A stretch of DNA of 64,000 nucleotides from Nitrospirales bacterium. Its GTDB lineage: Bacteria; Nitrospirota; Nitrospiria; Nitrospirales; UBA8639. This document shows, piece after piece, positions 30,037 to 40,609 of this stretch. The position numbers and the translations under genes were made by a program. The stretch is from positions 672,001 to 736,000 of the forward strand of contig OY729426.1 in the NCBI GenBank assembly GCA_963422365.1, given 5' to 3'. The notes under the pieces are model-generated. The model searched no databases. It was not told where the DNA came from and saw only the letters and a program-made list of their open reading frames with translations. Every line of letters begins with the position of its first letter. The stretch's first letter is position 1.

Positions 30037-30522
30037 ATGATCGTGAAAAAAGGCATCGTGACCATAGAAGAACTCCTGCCTCTTGTGACTCGACGAAGAG
30101 CACAAGGCGACCGTGTGGTCTTGACGAACGGCTGCTTCGACTTGCTTCACGTCGGGCATATCCGGTATCTCCAATCGGCACGAGCGTTAGGGGACGTGCT
30201 GGTCGTAGGTGTCAACAGTGATGCGTCCGCTCAGACCCTGAAGAAAGGGCCTGGTCGGCCTGTTATCCCAGACGGGCACCGGATGGAGGTCCTGAGTGCG
30301 CTGTCTTGTGTGAACTACGTCGTCAAGTTTGAGGAACCCGATCCGCTGCTCCTGATTGAAACGATACAGCCTGATGTCCTAGTGAAAGGCGGAGATTGGC
30401 CGGTCGATCAAATTGTCGGCCAATCCAGTGTGGAGGCCCGAGGGGGCACCGTCATCAGCATCCCGCTTGTGCCTGAAATCTCAACGAGTCGTATTATTGA
30501 ACGCATCCAAAAACTGGGCTGA
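30037..30522 (+). CDS. rfaE2: D-glycero-beta-D-manno-heptose 1-phosphate adenylyltransferase
   Basis: TNGCFDLLHVGH, GVNSDAS, KGP.RP, PDVLVKGGDW, ISTS.II. Confidence 0.92.
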   Translation: MIVKKGIVTIEELLPLVTRRRAQGDRVVLTNGCFDLLHVGHIRYLQSARALGDVLVVGVNSDASAQTLKKGPGRPVIPDGHRMEVLSALSCVNYVVKFEEPDPLLLIETIQPDVLVKGGDWPVDQIVGQSSVEARGGTVISIPLVPEISTSRIIERIQKLG

Positions 30523-30624
30523 GCGCAAGAAGGGCCTGACGGCGTTTCTGCCTCGGTCGCATGAGATGCGATCCTACAGGCACATGCGTCAAAGCTACCA
30601 CCGGCTCAAGCCCATCCCCTTATC

Positions 30625-33600
30625 ATGAACACTCCCAGAATGAACACCATGTTGCAGTCATCATGCGACCACATTCTGATGCCCCTGCTTGAGGCCTTGA
30701 CCGCTCCAGGGGCCCAACCCTTAGTCCTAGGGCCACACGGCCCAAGCCTCGCGTTCATCCTCAGCCTGTTGAGGACAACGCATCAAGGCGATGACCAGAC
30801 GGCTTCGGCCTACGATCAATCGTTACAAGGGACCCTTCCCCACAACTGGCTTATTCTGATGCCGACTCAGGAAGAGGCGGAATCGTTAGGCCAAGACTTG
30901 GCGTTTTTCTTTGCTTTCTTCAACCTCCCCGCCGAATCCCTGGCACTTTTCCCGGACCGAGGGCAATCCCCGTATGAAGCCAGTTCGCCATCTAGCGACC
31001 TCGTCGCGCAACGGATGCGAACCTTATTTCACCTTCAAACCCATCGCCCCGCCGTTGTCATCACGACACCTCACGCTGCCTCACAGTATCTGCTCCCCCA
31101 GTCCGTTTTTGCCCAATCATGTTTAACCGTCAAAGCAGGCAGCGTGATTGATCGGGAATCGTTGCTCCGCCATTTGCTGTGGACCGGATATCGACGAGTG
31201 TCCGCCGTGGAAATCCCCGGAGAATTTAGTATTCGAGGCGGCATCGTTGATATCTTTTCCACCGGTGCGACCAACCCCTACCGGATAGAATTTTGGGGCG
31301 ATACCGTCGAGTCCACCCGTTGGTTTGATCCGGGCACGCAAGAATCCACCGACTCCGTCCTCTCCGCGGTGCTCCTTCCTGCCCGGGAATACCTTCTCCC
31401 ACCCGACAAACCTGACCGTTGGCTTTCCGAAATCCTGCCGGATGCCGAGTGGCGATTGCCGGAAATTTATCCCTCCATGGCCACCCTTCCGGAGTACTTT
31501 TCAGCTTCGCCTTTCGTGGTCATGGATCGTCCCACCACCCTGGCGCAGGTTGCACAGGCATGGGGGGAGCGCCTACGGGCCGCATGGGAGGAACACGACA
31601 CGGCGAGCAACGGCGTTTCGTACCCCGAGCCTTCTCAACAGTGTGTCGGCTGGGACAAGTTTCTGCTGAGCACGTCCGATGGCCCATCTCTGGCGTTTGA
31701 CGTCGTCACGCCTGTTGAGCGTTCTTGGACACCAGTCATTCCCCTTTCTCTCCAATCGGCCAAGAGCGTGGGATTGGGGCTCCGTGGAACGTCCTTTACC
31801 GATACCCTGACGATCTTAGAACGGCTTCGCCGTGACGGGCCAGTTGTGGTCGTCGTTCGATCATCCGGACAGGTCGGGCGCTTGTTAGGGTTGTTCGCCG
31901 AACATCACGCGCACGCGACTGAACACAACCCCTTCCTTCACTCTCTTCACCCTTCGGAACGAACGCCGTTTTATATTCTTCAAGGTTTTCTTTCGTCAGG
32001 GTTTGTGGTGCCATTGTTGCCTTTTACCGTAGTCACCGAAGACGATCTATTTGCAAAAAATTCTCGACATCGCCCCCAACCCAAAAGCAAGACCGCGACC
32101 TTTCTGTCCTCGTTGGATGATTTGAATGCCGGAGACTACGTGGTCCACGTGCAACATGGGATCAGCCGGTATAAGGGTCTTCGGCGCTTGTCCGTGCAAG
32201 GGTTTGAAAGCGATTATCTCGTTCTTGAATTTTCCAGACGAGACACCCTCTATGTGCCGCTCGATCGGTTGACCCAGATCCAAAAATATCGAATCGGGGA
32301 GCATCTTGCCCCAACCCTCGACAAATTAGGGGGAACCGCGTGGGCCAAGACCAAAGCGCGCGTCAAAAAAACCATCGAAGATATGACCAGCGACCTCGTC
32401 GAGTTGTATGCCAACCGAGAAGTCGTCACTCGTCAACCGTATCAGCAAGACACCACCCTAGCCCATGAATTTGATGCCGCCTTTGACTATGACGAAACCC
32501 CGGACCAACTCAAGGCCATCGACGATATTCAACGAGACCTCCATCTGCCCAAACCCATGGATCGGCTGGTCTGTGGCGATGTCGGATATGGAAAAACCGA
32601 AGTGGCGATGCGGGCGGCGTTTCAAGCCGTCGAGGATAATCGGCAGGTGGCCGTGCTGGTTCCCACGACCCTTCTGGCGCAACAACATTCGGAAACGTTT
32701 TCGCGCCGTTTCGCGCCGTTTCCCATCCAGGTGGCCACCCTCTCGCGGTTTCAAAATCCTCAAGAGGTCAAAGCGTTGTTCTCTGACCTTGCATCAGGCG
32801 TGGTTGATATCGTCATTGGCACCCATCGGCTCCTTCACAAAACCGTGCAGTTTAAAAACCTGGGACTGGTCATTATTGACGAAGAGCAATGGTTCGGCGT
32901 TCGTCATAAAGAGCGACTGAAACAACTTCGTACGCAAGTCGACGTGTTGACGCTCACGGCGACCCCCATCCCTCGCACATTGCAAATGGCATTTTCCGGA
33001 GTCAGGGATCTGTCGGTCATCGACACGCCCCCCCCCGGACGCTTGGCTATCCGCACCCAGGTCGTTCGATTCAATCCCACGCTGATTCGCGAAGCTATCC
33101 GCCGGGAGTTGGCGAGACAGGGGCAGGTGTTTTATGTCCATAACCGGGTCGAAACCATTGAGCGGACAGCCGGTTGGCTCCAGGGACTCGTACCCGAAGC
33201 CCGTCTGGTCATGGCTCATGGGCAGATGAACGAACACGTCCTCGAAGACGTCATGTTACAATTCTTTCATGGCGAGGTGGATATCCTGCTTGCGACCTCG
33301 ATTATTCAATCAGGGTTAGACGTGCCGCGCGCCAATACCATCTTGGTGGATCGGGCCGATAGGTTTGGGCTGGCACAACTCTATCAACTTCGAGGACGAG
33401 TAGGCCGCGCCGGCGACCAAGCCTATGCGTATTTCTTTTTCCCCAATGAAGAGATGTTGGGCACCGATGCCCAACGACGACTCCTGGCCATTCAGGAATT
33501 TGCCGACTTGGGCTCAGGATTTCGCATTGCCGCCGCCGACCTGGAAATTCGAGGAGCCGGCAACCTCTTAGGCAAACAACAATCTGGCAACATTGCCGCG

Positions 33601-34146
33601 GTAGGGTTTGATCTGTATATGCAGATGGTCGAACAAGCCGTGCAACAGAGAAACGGTGAAAAGTTGGAAGAAGAGATCGATCCGACATTGCATGTTCCCG
33701 TGTCGGCCTTTATCCCTGACGACTACATCGAGGACGGCCATCAACGCTTATCGTTGTATAAACGCCTCTCAGCCAGTCAGAAGATCGGCGATCTTGCCCT
33801 TCTGCATGAAGAAACCCAAGACCGGTACGGGACACCGCCTGAACCTGTCGAGCAGTTGTTTGAAGTCATGCACATTCGCCTGCTCGCCAAGAAGCTGAAA
33901 GTGGAGTCACTGGAAGCCACGAATGGAACCATTACCGTGACCTTTCCTGACAACGCCACGATTGCTCAAGAGAGCCTCGATTGGCTCAGGCAGTATTCGG
34001 AAGGCCGACTGCAATTCCTGTCGCCGGTTTCCTTTGCCATCGCTAGGGACCTCGATGATTGGTCAACCGTGGTATCCGTCTTGACGACGATGCTGAATGG
34101 CTTGTTGGATGCCTCACCTGAAACCATGGCCCCTTCCCTCTTGTGA
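30625..34146 (+). CDS. mfd: transcription-repair coupling factor
   Basis: GEFSIRGGIVDIF, CarD-like GDYVVHVQHGI, MDRLVCGDVGYGKTEVA, FGLAQLYQLRGRVGR, DLEIRGAGNLLG. Confidence 0.97.
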   Translation: MNTPRMNTMLQSSCDHILMPLLEALTAPGAQPLVLGPHGPSLAFILSLLRTTHQGDDQTASAYDQSLQGTLPHNWLILMPTQEEAESLGQDLAFFFAFFNLPAESLALFPDRGQSPYEASSPSSDLVAQRMRTLFHLQTHRPAVVITTPHAASQYLLPQSVFAQSCLTVKAGSVIDRESLLRHLLWTGYRRVSAVEIPGEFSIRGGIVDIFSTGATNPYRIEFWGDTVESTRWFDPGTQESTDSVLSAVLLPAREYLLPPDKPDRWLSEILPDAEWRLPEIYPSMATLPEYFSASPFVVMDRPTTLAQVAQAWGERLRAAWEEHDTASNGVSYPEPSQQCVGWDKFLLSTSDGPSLAFDVVTPVERSWTPVIPLSLQSAKSVGLGLRGTSFTDTLTILERLRRDGPVVVVVRSSGQVGRLLGLFAEHHAHATEHNPFLHSLHPSERTPFYILQGFLSSGFVVPLLPFTVVTEDDLFAKNSRHRPQPKSKTATFLSSLDDLNAGDYVVHVQHGISRYKGLRRLSVQGFESDYLVLEFSRRDTLYVPLDRLTQIQKYRIGEHLAPTLDKLGGTAWAKTKARVKKTIEDMTSDLVELYANREVVTRQPYQQDTTLAHEFDAAFDYDETPDQLKAIDDIQRDLHLPKPMDRLVCGDVGYGKTEVAMRAAFQAVEDNRQVAVLVPTTLLAQQHSETFSRRFAPFPIQVATLSRFQNPQEVKALFSDLASGVVDIVIGTHRLLHKTVQFKNLGLVIIDEEQWFGVRHKERLKQLRTQVDVLTLTATPIPRTLQMAFSGVRDLSVIDTPPPGRLAIRTQVVRFNPTLIREAIRRELARQGQVFYVHNRVETIERTAGWLQGLVPEARLVMAHGQMNEHVLEDVMLQFFHGEVDILLATSIIQSGLDVPRANTILVDRADRFGLAQLYQLRGRVGRAGDQAYAYFFFPNEEMLGTDAQRRLLAIQEFADLGSGFRIAAADLEIRGAGNLLGKQQSGNIAAVGFDLYMQMVEQAVQQRNGEKLEEEIDPTLHVPVSAFIPDDYIEDGHQRLSLYKRLSASQKIGDLALLHEETQDRYGTPPEPVEQLFEVMHIRLLAKKLKVESLEATNGTITVTFPDNATIAQESLDWLRQYSEGRLQFLSPVSFAIARDLDDWSTVVSVLTTMLNGLLDASPETMAPSLL

Positions 34147-35174
34147 CACACCTGCTTCGCTCCCACCGTTCTTCATCCCTCTCTTGTTGGGGCCGTCGCT
34201 CACAAGCCTGGCACGCGCTCAGGACAATGGCCATCCTGTTCACCATACTGTGCGGGGTGGGGTTCCTGGCTCCTGTCGTGCGTGCTCAACCCCTGATCAA
34301 AGATGTCGAGGGCAAGCCGTTGTCCGATGGGATCGCCGCCATCGTCAATTCAGAGCTGATTACGGTTTCCGAGCTCCAAGCTAAAATGGCCGATGAAACC
34401 TTTCGCTTGAAAGCTCGGTATGAGGGGGACGAGCTCACGGCACGTCTCGTTCAGAAACAATATGAAATCTTGAATCGGATGATCGAACGAAAGCTCCAGC
34501 TCCAGGAAGCCAAGGTCAAGAAAATTTCGATCAGCGATGAGGAAGTGGAACAAGCTTGGGAACAATTACACCAAAACTCTACCGCACTTCCGGCATCGTT
34601 ACCTCAATCAAAGGATGCCCTTCGTGAAGAATTGATGGTGCGCCGACTCAGGGACATGGATGTTCGCCGAAGCCTTGTTGTCTCTCCTGAAGAAATTCGC
34701 GCCTCCTATAAACAACAGCAGCCGCAATTTACGTCTCCCCGCGAACACCACATCAGACAAATTCTCCTGGTACCGAAGCTGGATGAAAGTCTGGAGACGG
34801 TGAAAGCACGGGCTGAAGTCCTTGTGAGTCAACTCAACGAGGGAAGGCGCTTCGAAAAATTGGCGGAACTCTTTTCCGATGGGCCTGAAAGCGTCCTGGG
34901 AGGCGACCTCGGATTCGTGACGAAAGATGACTTATTGGCGCCTTTGAGCGAAGCCCTGAACAAGCTCAACCAAGGTGAAGTCAGCCCGTTGGTTGAAACG
35001 GAAATCGGGATTCATATTCTCCGACTCGAGGAGAGCCGAGAAGGAACCCCGCAACCGTTTGATCAAGTGAAAAACGTGATTGGAAACCAACTGTATCAAA
35101 AGAAAAGCCAACAGGCCCTTGAAAAATGGCTGACCTCGTTAAAAGATAAGGCCTACATCGAAATCCGCTTTTAG
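34143..35174 (+). CDS. SurA-like periplasmic peptidyl-prolyl isomerase
   Basis: DGIAAIVN.ELIT, parvulin motifs HIRQIL, FEKLA..FSD, GGDLGF, GIHIL, AYIEIR. Alternative start at 34227. Confidence 0.85.
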   Translation: MTHLLRSHRSSSLSCWGRRSQAWHALRTMAILFTILCGVGFLAPVVRAQPLIKDVEGKPLSDGIAAIVNSELITVSELQAKMADETFRLKARYEGDELTARLVQKQYEILNRMIERKLQLQEAKVKKISISDEEVEQAWEQLHQNSTALPASLPQSKDALREELMVRRLRDMDVRRSLVVSPEEIRASYKQQQPQFTSPREHHIRQILLVPKLDESLETVKARAEVLVSQLNEGRRFEKLAELFSDGPESVLGGDLGFVTKDDLLAPLSEALNKLNQGEVSPLVETEIGIHILRLEESREGTPQPFDQVKNVIGNQLYQKKSQQALEKWLTSLKDKAYIEIRF

Positions 35175-35788
35175 CCCGGATTCCTCCACAATGCATAACG
35201 CTGTCTCACTGTGCGCCAAAGGTCCTGGCGGCCCTCGTTCGTCTTTGAGGAGTACCCCACCACTTCTTCACGATTTCCCAATCCCAGGGTTTGACACACT
35301 CGCAACAGGTGCGGCAGGCGCTGACCACGAGACAGTTTGTCGATCTTCGTCACCACCACGATGGGGCGATACCCTAGATGGGTAAGCCATTCAAGCGTGG
35401 TCACGTCATGATCCTCGATCCCTCGTGCATCGACCAACTGGACGACGGCAACTAATTGAGCCCGGTCCGTCAAATAGGTCTCGATCATCGGGCCCCATTG
35501 TTCACGAACCGACCGGGACGCCTTGGCATAGCCGTAGCCGGGCAAATCGACGAAAAAGATTGTGGGGAACGCCTTGTCGCTCGTGAGCACACGAAAAAAA
35601 TTAAGCGTGTGCGTTTTTCCCGGAGTCGTGCTGACCTTGGCAATACCTTTGCGATTCAACAAGGAATTAATCGCCGAGGATTTGCCCACATTGGATCGCC
35701 CCACGAAAGCCACCTCGGGAAGGCATTCACGAGGATAGTGCGCCGGCTTCAGACAACTCTTGACAAAGTCTGCTGACAGAATCTTCAT
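35171..35788 (-). CDS. engB: ribosome biogenesis GTP-binding protein YihA/EngB
   Basis: EVAFVGRSNVGKSS, STTPGKT, VDLPGYGYA, TKIDK. Confidence 0.96.
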   Translation of the reverse strand: MKILSADFVKSCLKPAHYPRECLPEVAFVGRSNVGKSSAINSLLNRKGIAKVSTTPGKTHTLNFFRVLTSDKAFPTIFFVDLPGYGYAKASRSVREQWGPMIETYLTDRAQLVAVVQLVDARGIEDHDVTTLEWLTHLGYRPIVVVTKIDKLSRGQRLPHLLRVCQTLGLGNREEVVGYSSKTNEGRQDLWRTVRQRYALWRNPG

Positions 35789-35816
35789 GTTGGGAATACA
35801 GACGACAAAACAGGAG

Positions 35817-36293
35817 TCACGGTTGCCTAAGTTCCCGTTTCATGGCTCGTTCCATTTCACGACCAGCCTCGCGTTTTTTTACGGTCTCTCGCCGGTCATA
35901 GTGCTTTTTCCCACGCGCGAGACCCAACTCAACCTTGGCTGTCCCGCGTTGATTAAAATACATGCGGAGAGGAACCAACGTCAGCCCTTTCTGCTGAACT
36001 TTCCCTGTTAATTTCTGAATTTCTTTTTTGTGCAACAACAGCCCGCGGGGCCGCAGGGGGTCATGATTCATGGTATTCCCATGACTGTATTCGCCTATGT
36101 GACAGTTGTACAGAACGGCTTTCCCCTCGGCCACCGCGGCATAGGCTTCGCGCAAATTGACCCGGCCTTCCCGAAGCGATTTCACTTCGGTCCCTTTCAG
36201 GATCAGGCCTGCCTCGATTTTTTCTTCAATCGCATAGTCGTGAAACGCCTTCCGATTGCTCCCGACTATTTTTGTCGTTGGATCTTGAGACAT
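35817..36293 (-). CDS. smpB: SsrA-binding protein
   Basis: NRKAFHDY, EAGLIL.GTEVKSLR, LLLHKKEI, GKKHYDRRE. Confidence 0.97.
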   Translation of the reverse strand: MSQDPTTKIVGSNRKAFHDYAIEEKIEAGLILKGTEVKSLREGRVNLREAYAAVAEGKAVLYNCHIGEYSHGNTMNHDPLRPRGLLLHKKEIQKLTGKVQQKGLTLVPLRMYFNQRGTAKVELGLARGKKHYDRRETVKKREAGREMERAMKRELRQP

Positions 36294-36383
36294 GACCGTG
36301 AATACAACGCGACTTCGAAAGAGCCTTATGGCGGCCCCCTTCTTCTCTCTTTTGTAGCTGCGGGATGTTATCCCGCCCTCTTC

Positions 36384-36408
36384 TTGGCCGCATAAGATGC
36401 GGCCCTAC
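36384..36408. repeat. GTAG-type REP palindrome
   Basis: ttggccgcataagatgcggccctac. Reverse copy at 57753-57776 and a degenerate copy at 54746-54767. Confidence 0.7.
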
Positions 36409-36468
36409 AGCTTCAGGAGCTCGCCCATCAATTGACTCTACTCTTCTCGAATCCTAGAATACCATTCC

Positions 36469-36972
36469 ATGCACGACTTTTTCTCCTCCCGGTCACTCAT
36501 CAAGGAAATTTCCCAAAGCCATGGGTTTGCGGTGCGCCTCTGTGAGTCTCGCCTCCAAAAGCAGTGGAAAGCGCTCGTGGGCGAGGTCGTGGCTTCCCAT
36601 ACTTGGCCGACCAGAATCAAGTTTCGAAAGCTGCACGTGGCCGTAGAAAATTCGGTGTGGCTTCACCAGCTCATCTATCTCAGAACAACGTTACTGGAGA
36701 AAATTCAAGCGCAGATGGAAGAACTCTACGTACAAGATATTATTTTTCGAATTGGTGACATACCGGAAGCCCGCGAGGATGACCTCGCCGTGCAGGCTGC
36801 CCAAGTTTTTGTTTCTCCCGATGCGCGGATGACGGCCGCTGAATGGACTCAATACGTCCATGATGAGGAACTACGTCATTCTTTGACACGAGTCATTTCC
36901 CGGGCGCTTTCCTCTGCAACAGATGAAGCCGTCATTCCGAGGGGAGCGAGAAATCTCAAGCCTACGCCCTGA
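36469..36972 (+). CDS. DUF721 / DciA-like protein
   Basis: W..LVGE.VASHT.P......LHVAVENSVWLHQL pattern. Confidence 0.8.
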   Translation: MHDFFSSRSLIKEISQSHGFAVRLCESRLQKQWKALVGEVVASHTWPTRIKFRKLHVAVENSVWLHQLIYLRTTLLEKIQAQMEELYVQDIIFRIGDIPEAREDDLAVQAAQVFVSPDARMTAAEWTQYVHDEELRHSLTRVISRALSSATDEAVIPRGARNLKPTP

Positions 36973-37020
36973 AACGAGCCTGCACTTGAGATTCTTTGTC
37001 GCTTCGCTTCTCAGGATGAG
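36931..37020. repeat. palindromic doublet (GTCATTC.GA....GCGA..AATCT family) overlapping the DUF721 3' end
   Basis: gtcattccgaggggagcgagaaatctc ... gagattctttgtcgcttcgcttctcaggatgag. Confidence 0.6.
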
Positions 37021-37099
37021 ATGGTGTTAGCAAGTTGTCCCCTCGTTGGGTTTCTATTTTTAGAGTCTTTGCCAAATCGAGCCTGAATACGGTTGAGAC

Positions 37100-39167
37100 A
37101 TGAAGTACAAATCGGAACGTGCTTTGGAACTGTTGCGAGCGGGTTCAAGCCACCCTGATGCAAGGTTTCGTGAGGGTCAGGAAAAGGCCATCCAACATAT
37201 CGTGAACGGGGATGGTCGGCTTTTGGTTGTCCAGAAGACCGGTTGGGGCAAAAGCTTCATCTACTTTATTGCGACGACGCTGCTGCGCGAAGCGGGTATG
37301 GGTCCTGCCCTTCTTATCAGTCCGTTACTCGCGCTGATGCGCAATCAGATTGCCGCGGCGGAGCGGATGGGCGTTCGCGCGACGACGATCAACTCTGACA
37401 ATCGGGACGATTGGGAGGAAGTCGAAAACGCTATCCATCGTAACGAGGTGGACATCCTGCTCATCTCGCCCGAAAGGCTGGCCAATGAGCGTTTCCGCAA
37501 CGAGGTGCTAGCGAGCACTGCCGACCGGATATCCTTCCTCGTGATCGATGAAGCGCATTGTATCTCTGACTGGGGCCACGACTTTCGGCCAGACTACCGG
37601 TGGATCGAACGCATCATTCGCACCTTACCGCCGAATCTCCGTTTGTTGGCGACGACGGCAACGGCGAATGACCGGGTCATCGACGATTTAGCAGAAACAC
37701 TTGGGGCAAACCTGGAAGTATCCCGCGGGGATCTCAACCGGCCATCCCTTACTCTTCAGACGATCCGCTTGCAGAGCCAAGCAGAACGGCTCGCGTGGTT
37801 GGCGGAACAATTGCCCGTACTTCCGGGTCACGGGATCATTTATACGCTCACGGTCCGTGACGCGGAACAGGTGAGTGGATGGCTCAAGTCTCGCGGACTG
37901 AACGTCAAGGCCTACACGGGTAAGACGGGCGAGCAGCGGCCAAGATTGGAAGATGCACTTCTTCAAAACACAATAAAAGCGTTGGTGGCAACGACAGCCT
38001 TGGGCATGGGCTTCGATAAACCGGACCTGGCTTTCGTCATTCACTACCAGACGCCGGGATCGGCATTGGCGTACTACCCAGCAGGTCGGTCGAGCCGGGA
38101 GGGCGCTTGACGCAGCCTACGGAGTATTGTTGAGCGGCCAGGAAGAAACCGATATCACCGACTACTTTATCAAGAGTGCATTTCCGACCCACACTGAAGT
38201 GCAAAAAGTTCTGAACGCCTTGGAGAAGGAACCTGAAGGGTTGTCAGATAAAGGGATTGCGAGAGTAGTCAACATCAAGTGTAAACGTATAGAGAAGACT
38301 ACAAAACTCCTTTCTTTAGAATCACCGGCTCCTATCGCAAAGCAGGGGAAGAAATGGCAACTCACACCCACGACTCTGAGTGACACCTTCTGGGAACGGG
38401 CAGAGCGACTCACGAAACTGCGGCGAGAGGAACAGGCGCAGATGCAGGAATACGTCAGGCTGACCTCCGGTCACATGCCGTTCCTGATTCGAGCGCTGAA
38501 TGGGGAGCAGGGCAGTCTCTCTCCGTCGGACTTGCCACTTTTGTCGACGGAACCGGACTCGGTTCTGGTTCAAGAAGCGATTGCCTTCCTACGTCGCACG
38601 AGTTTGCCGATAGAACCGCGAAAGCACTGGCCATCCGGGAGACTGCAACACTGCGATCTCTCCTGACGGATTGACACCCGTTTCCAGCCTCAACCCGGAA
38701 AGGCACTCTGCGGCTGGGGTGGTTTGGTGCGCCAAGGGAAATACCATGATGGACGCTTCGCCGATGAACTGGTGGATGCTTGCCGGGAATTGATTAAAAA
38801 ATGGGACCCGTACCCGTTCCCGGAATGGGGAACCTGCATTCCTTCACAACGGCATCCGGACTTGGTACCCGATTTTGCCCGACGCTTGGCCGAATCCCTT
38901 GACCTTCCATTCAAGCAGGTATTAATCAAGACGGAAGACCGCCCGGAGCAGAAGACAATGGCGAACAGCACTCAGCAGGCACGTAATATTGACGGTTCGT
39001 TGGCGCTGACCGATGAGACCTTGCCTAGTGAGCCGTTGCTGCTCGTAGACGACATGGTAGACTCGCGCTGGACCTTCACCATTGCAACCTGGTTGCTTTG
39101 CTCAAATGGTAGTGGTGAGGTGTGGCCGTTGGCGCTTGCTCAGGCGGGAGGGGCTAACGATGAGTGA
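37100..39167 (+). pseudogene. RecQ-like helicase with C-terminal PRTase domain (RqlH-like), disrupted
   Basis: QKTGWGKS, SPLLALMRNQ, DEAHCISDWGHDFRPDY, ALGMGFDKPD. A +1 frameshift in YYQQVGRAGR near 38078, an in-frame TGA at 38664-38666, and PRTase motif [12 protein letters not shown]. Confidence 0.88.
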
Positions 39168-40452
39168 GACACTTTCCCCGGACACCCAAGCGATTCTGCT
39201 GTTGACCGCGCCTTTAATCGTTGAAGGTGTCAAGCGTGAGAAGACCGTCAACCCGCTCACGCCGCGGGAATACACAACATTCTCCCAGCATCTCAAGAAG
39301 GAGAACGGGCAGCCCGCTGCTTTGCTGACGCCTCATGCGGATCAATTGATCAGGAATTACCATCACATACCCGACAAGGACCGGCTCAAGCGCCTGCTGG
39401 ATCGAGGTTTCCTGTTGGGCCAGGCAGTCGATCGCTGGCAGAAACGGTCAATTTGGGTAGTGAGCCGTGCCGATGACGATTATCCACAGAGGCTCAGGGA
39501 GCGGTTGAAGGAGGACTGGCCGATCCTGCTCTATGGCTGTGGAGACAAGGAAATTCTCAATACCGGTGGACTAGCGGTCGTCGGCTCGCGTCACGCGAAT
39601 GAGTCGTTAGTCGAGTACACTCACGAGATTGGTCGTCTGGTAGCAAAGGCTCAACGAACCCTGATCTCTGGATCTGCCAGGGGCATTGACCAAGAGGCCA
39701 TGCATGCTGCACTGGAGGCTGACGGCAGAGTCGCGGGCGTGCTGGCTGACAATCTCGAAAAAGCCATCATGAATCGCGAACAGAGAAAGCTGCTGTTGGA
39801 GGAACGGCTCATCCTGATCTCACCCTACGACCCAAACGCAGGATTCAACGTAGGGCATGCGATGCAGCGAAACAAAGTGATCTATGCCTTGGCAGATGCA
39901 GCCCTCGTGGTGAACGCGGACAGGGAAACGGGCGGTACATGGGCCGGGGCAACGGAGCAATTGAAAAATCCGAGTCCGGTACCCATCTATGTGCGTTCGA
40001 CTGGTGAAGCATCCACGGGTCTTGAGGCCCTGAAAAGCAGGGGAGCTAGGCCGTGGCCGAATCCGAAAGATGCAAATGACCTTGCTGCCATTTTTCGGTC
40101 CGATCCCTCGAAGACGCCAAACTCTCCGGTCCAACCTAATCTGCCGTTCGATGAGCAGCAGGAACCCGTGAAACCTGGGCTGCAAGCAGGGGTAACACCG
40201 GAGTTACAAATAGCCGATGATCCGACTCTGAGACCAGCCGAGAAACTGTACCAAACCATACGGTCGTTGATTCCCCAGGTACTTGTAAAACCCAAACAAG
40301 CCGCGGAAGTTGCCACGGAACTGGATGTCACCAAGCCTCAAGCCAAGGAATGGCTAAAGTGCCTTGTTGAAGAAGGTGTTTTGGAAAAACTTGTCAGGCC
40401 GGTACGCTATGTCATTCGGCAAGACTACTTATCAAGGAAGGGAAACACTTAA
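39160..40452 (+). CDS. DprA/Smf-like protein (RqlI-like)
   Basis: [55 protein letters not shown]-terminal winged HTH. Confidence 0.88.
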   Translation: MSETLSPDTQAILLLTAPLIVEGVKREKTVNPLTPREYTTFSQHLKKENGQPAALLTPHADQLIRNYHHIPDKDRLKRLLDRGFLLGQAVDRWQKRSIWVVSRADDDYPQRLRERLKEDWPILLYGCGDKEILNTGGLAVVGSRHANESLVEYTHEIGRLVAKAQRTLISGSARGIDQEAMHAALEADGRVAGVLADNLEKAIMNREQRKLLLEERLILISPYDPNAGFNVGHAMQRNKVIYALADAALVVNADRETGGTWAGATEQLKNPSPVPIYVRSTGEASTGLEALKSRGARPWPNPKDANDLAAIFRSDPSKTPNSPVQPNLPFDEQQEPVKPGLQAGVTPELQIADDPTLRPAEKLYQTIRSLIPQVLVKPKQAAEVATELDVTKPQAKEWLKCLVEEGVLEKLVRPVRYVIRQDYLSRKGNT

Positions 40453-40609
40453 TAGACCACTCTACTGCTGACGTTCATCCAATGGGGTCCAACAGGTGAA
40501 AACAAACACCAAACGCGAGCGGGTTGGAAAGCTTGAAGGAATTGGGGGGATTGACCATGTTTCGCGTTAAGCAACATCCGTTTTGCGCAGTACGCTCACC
40601 GGTTTCGTT

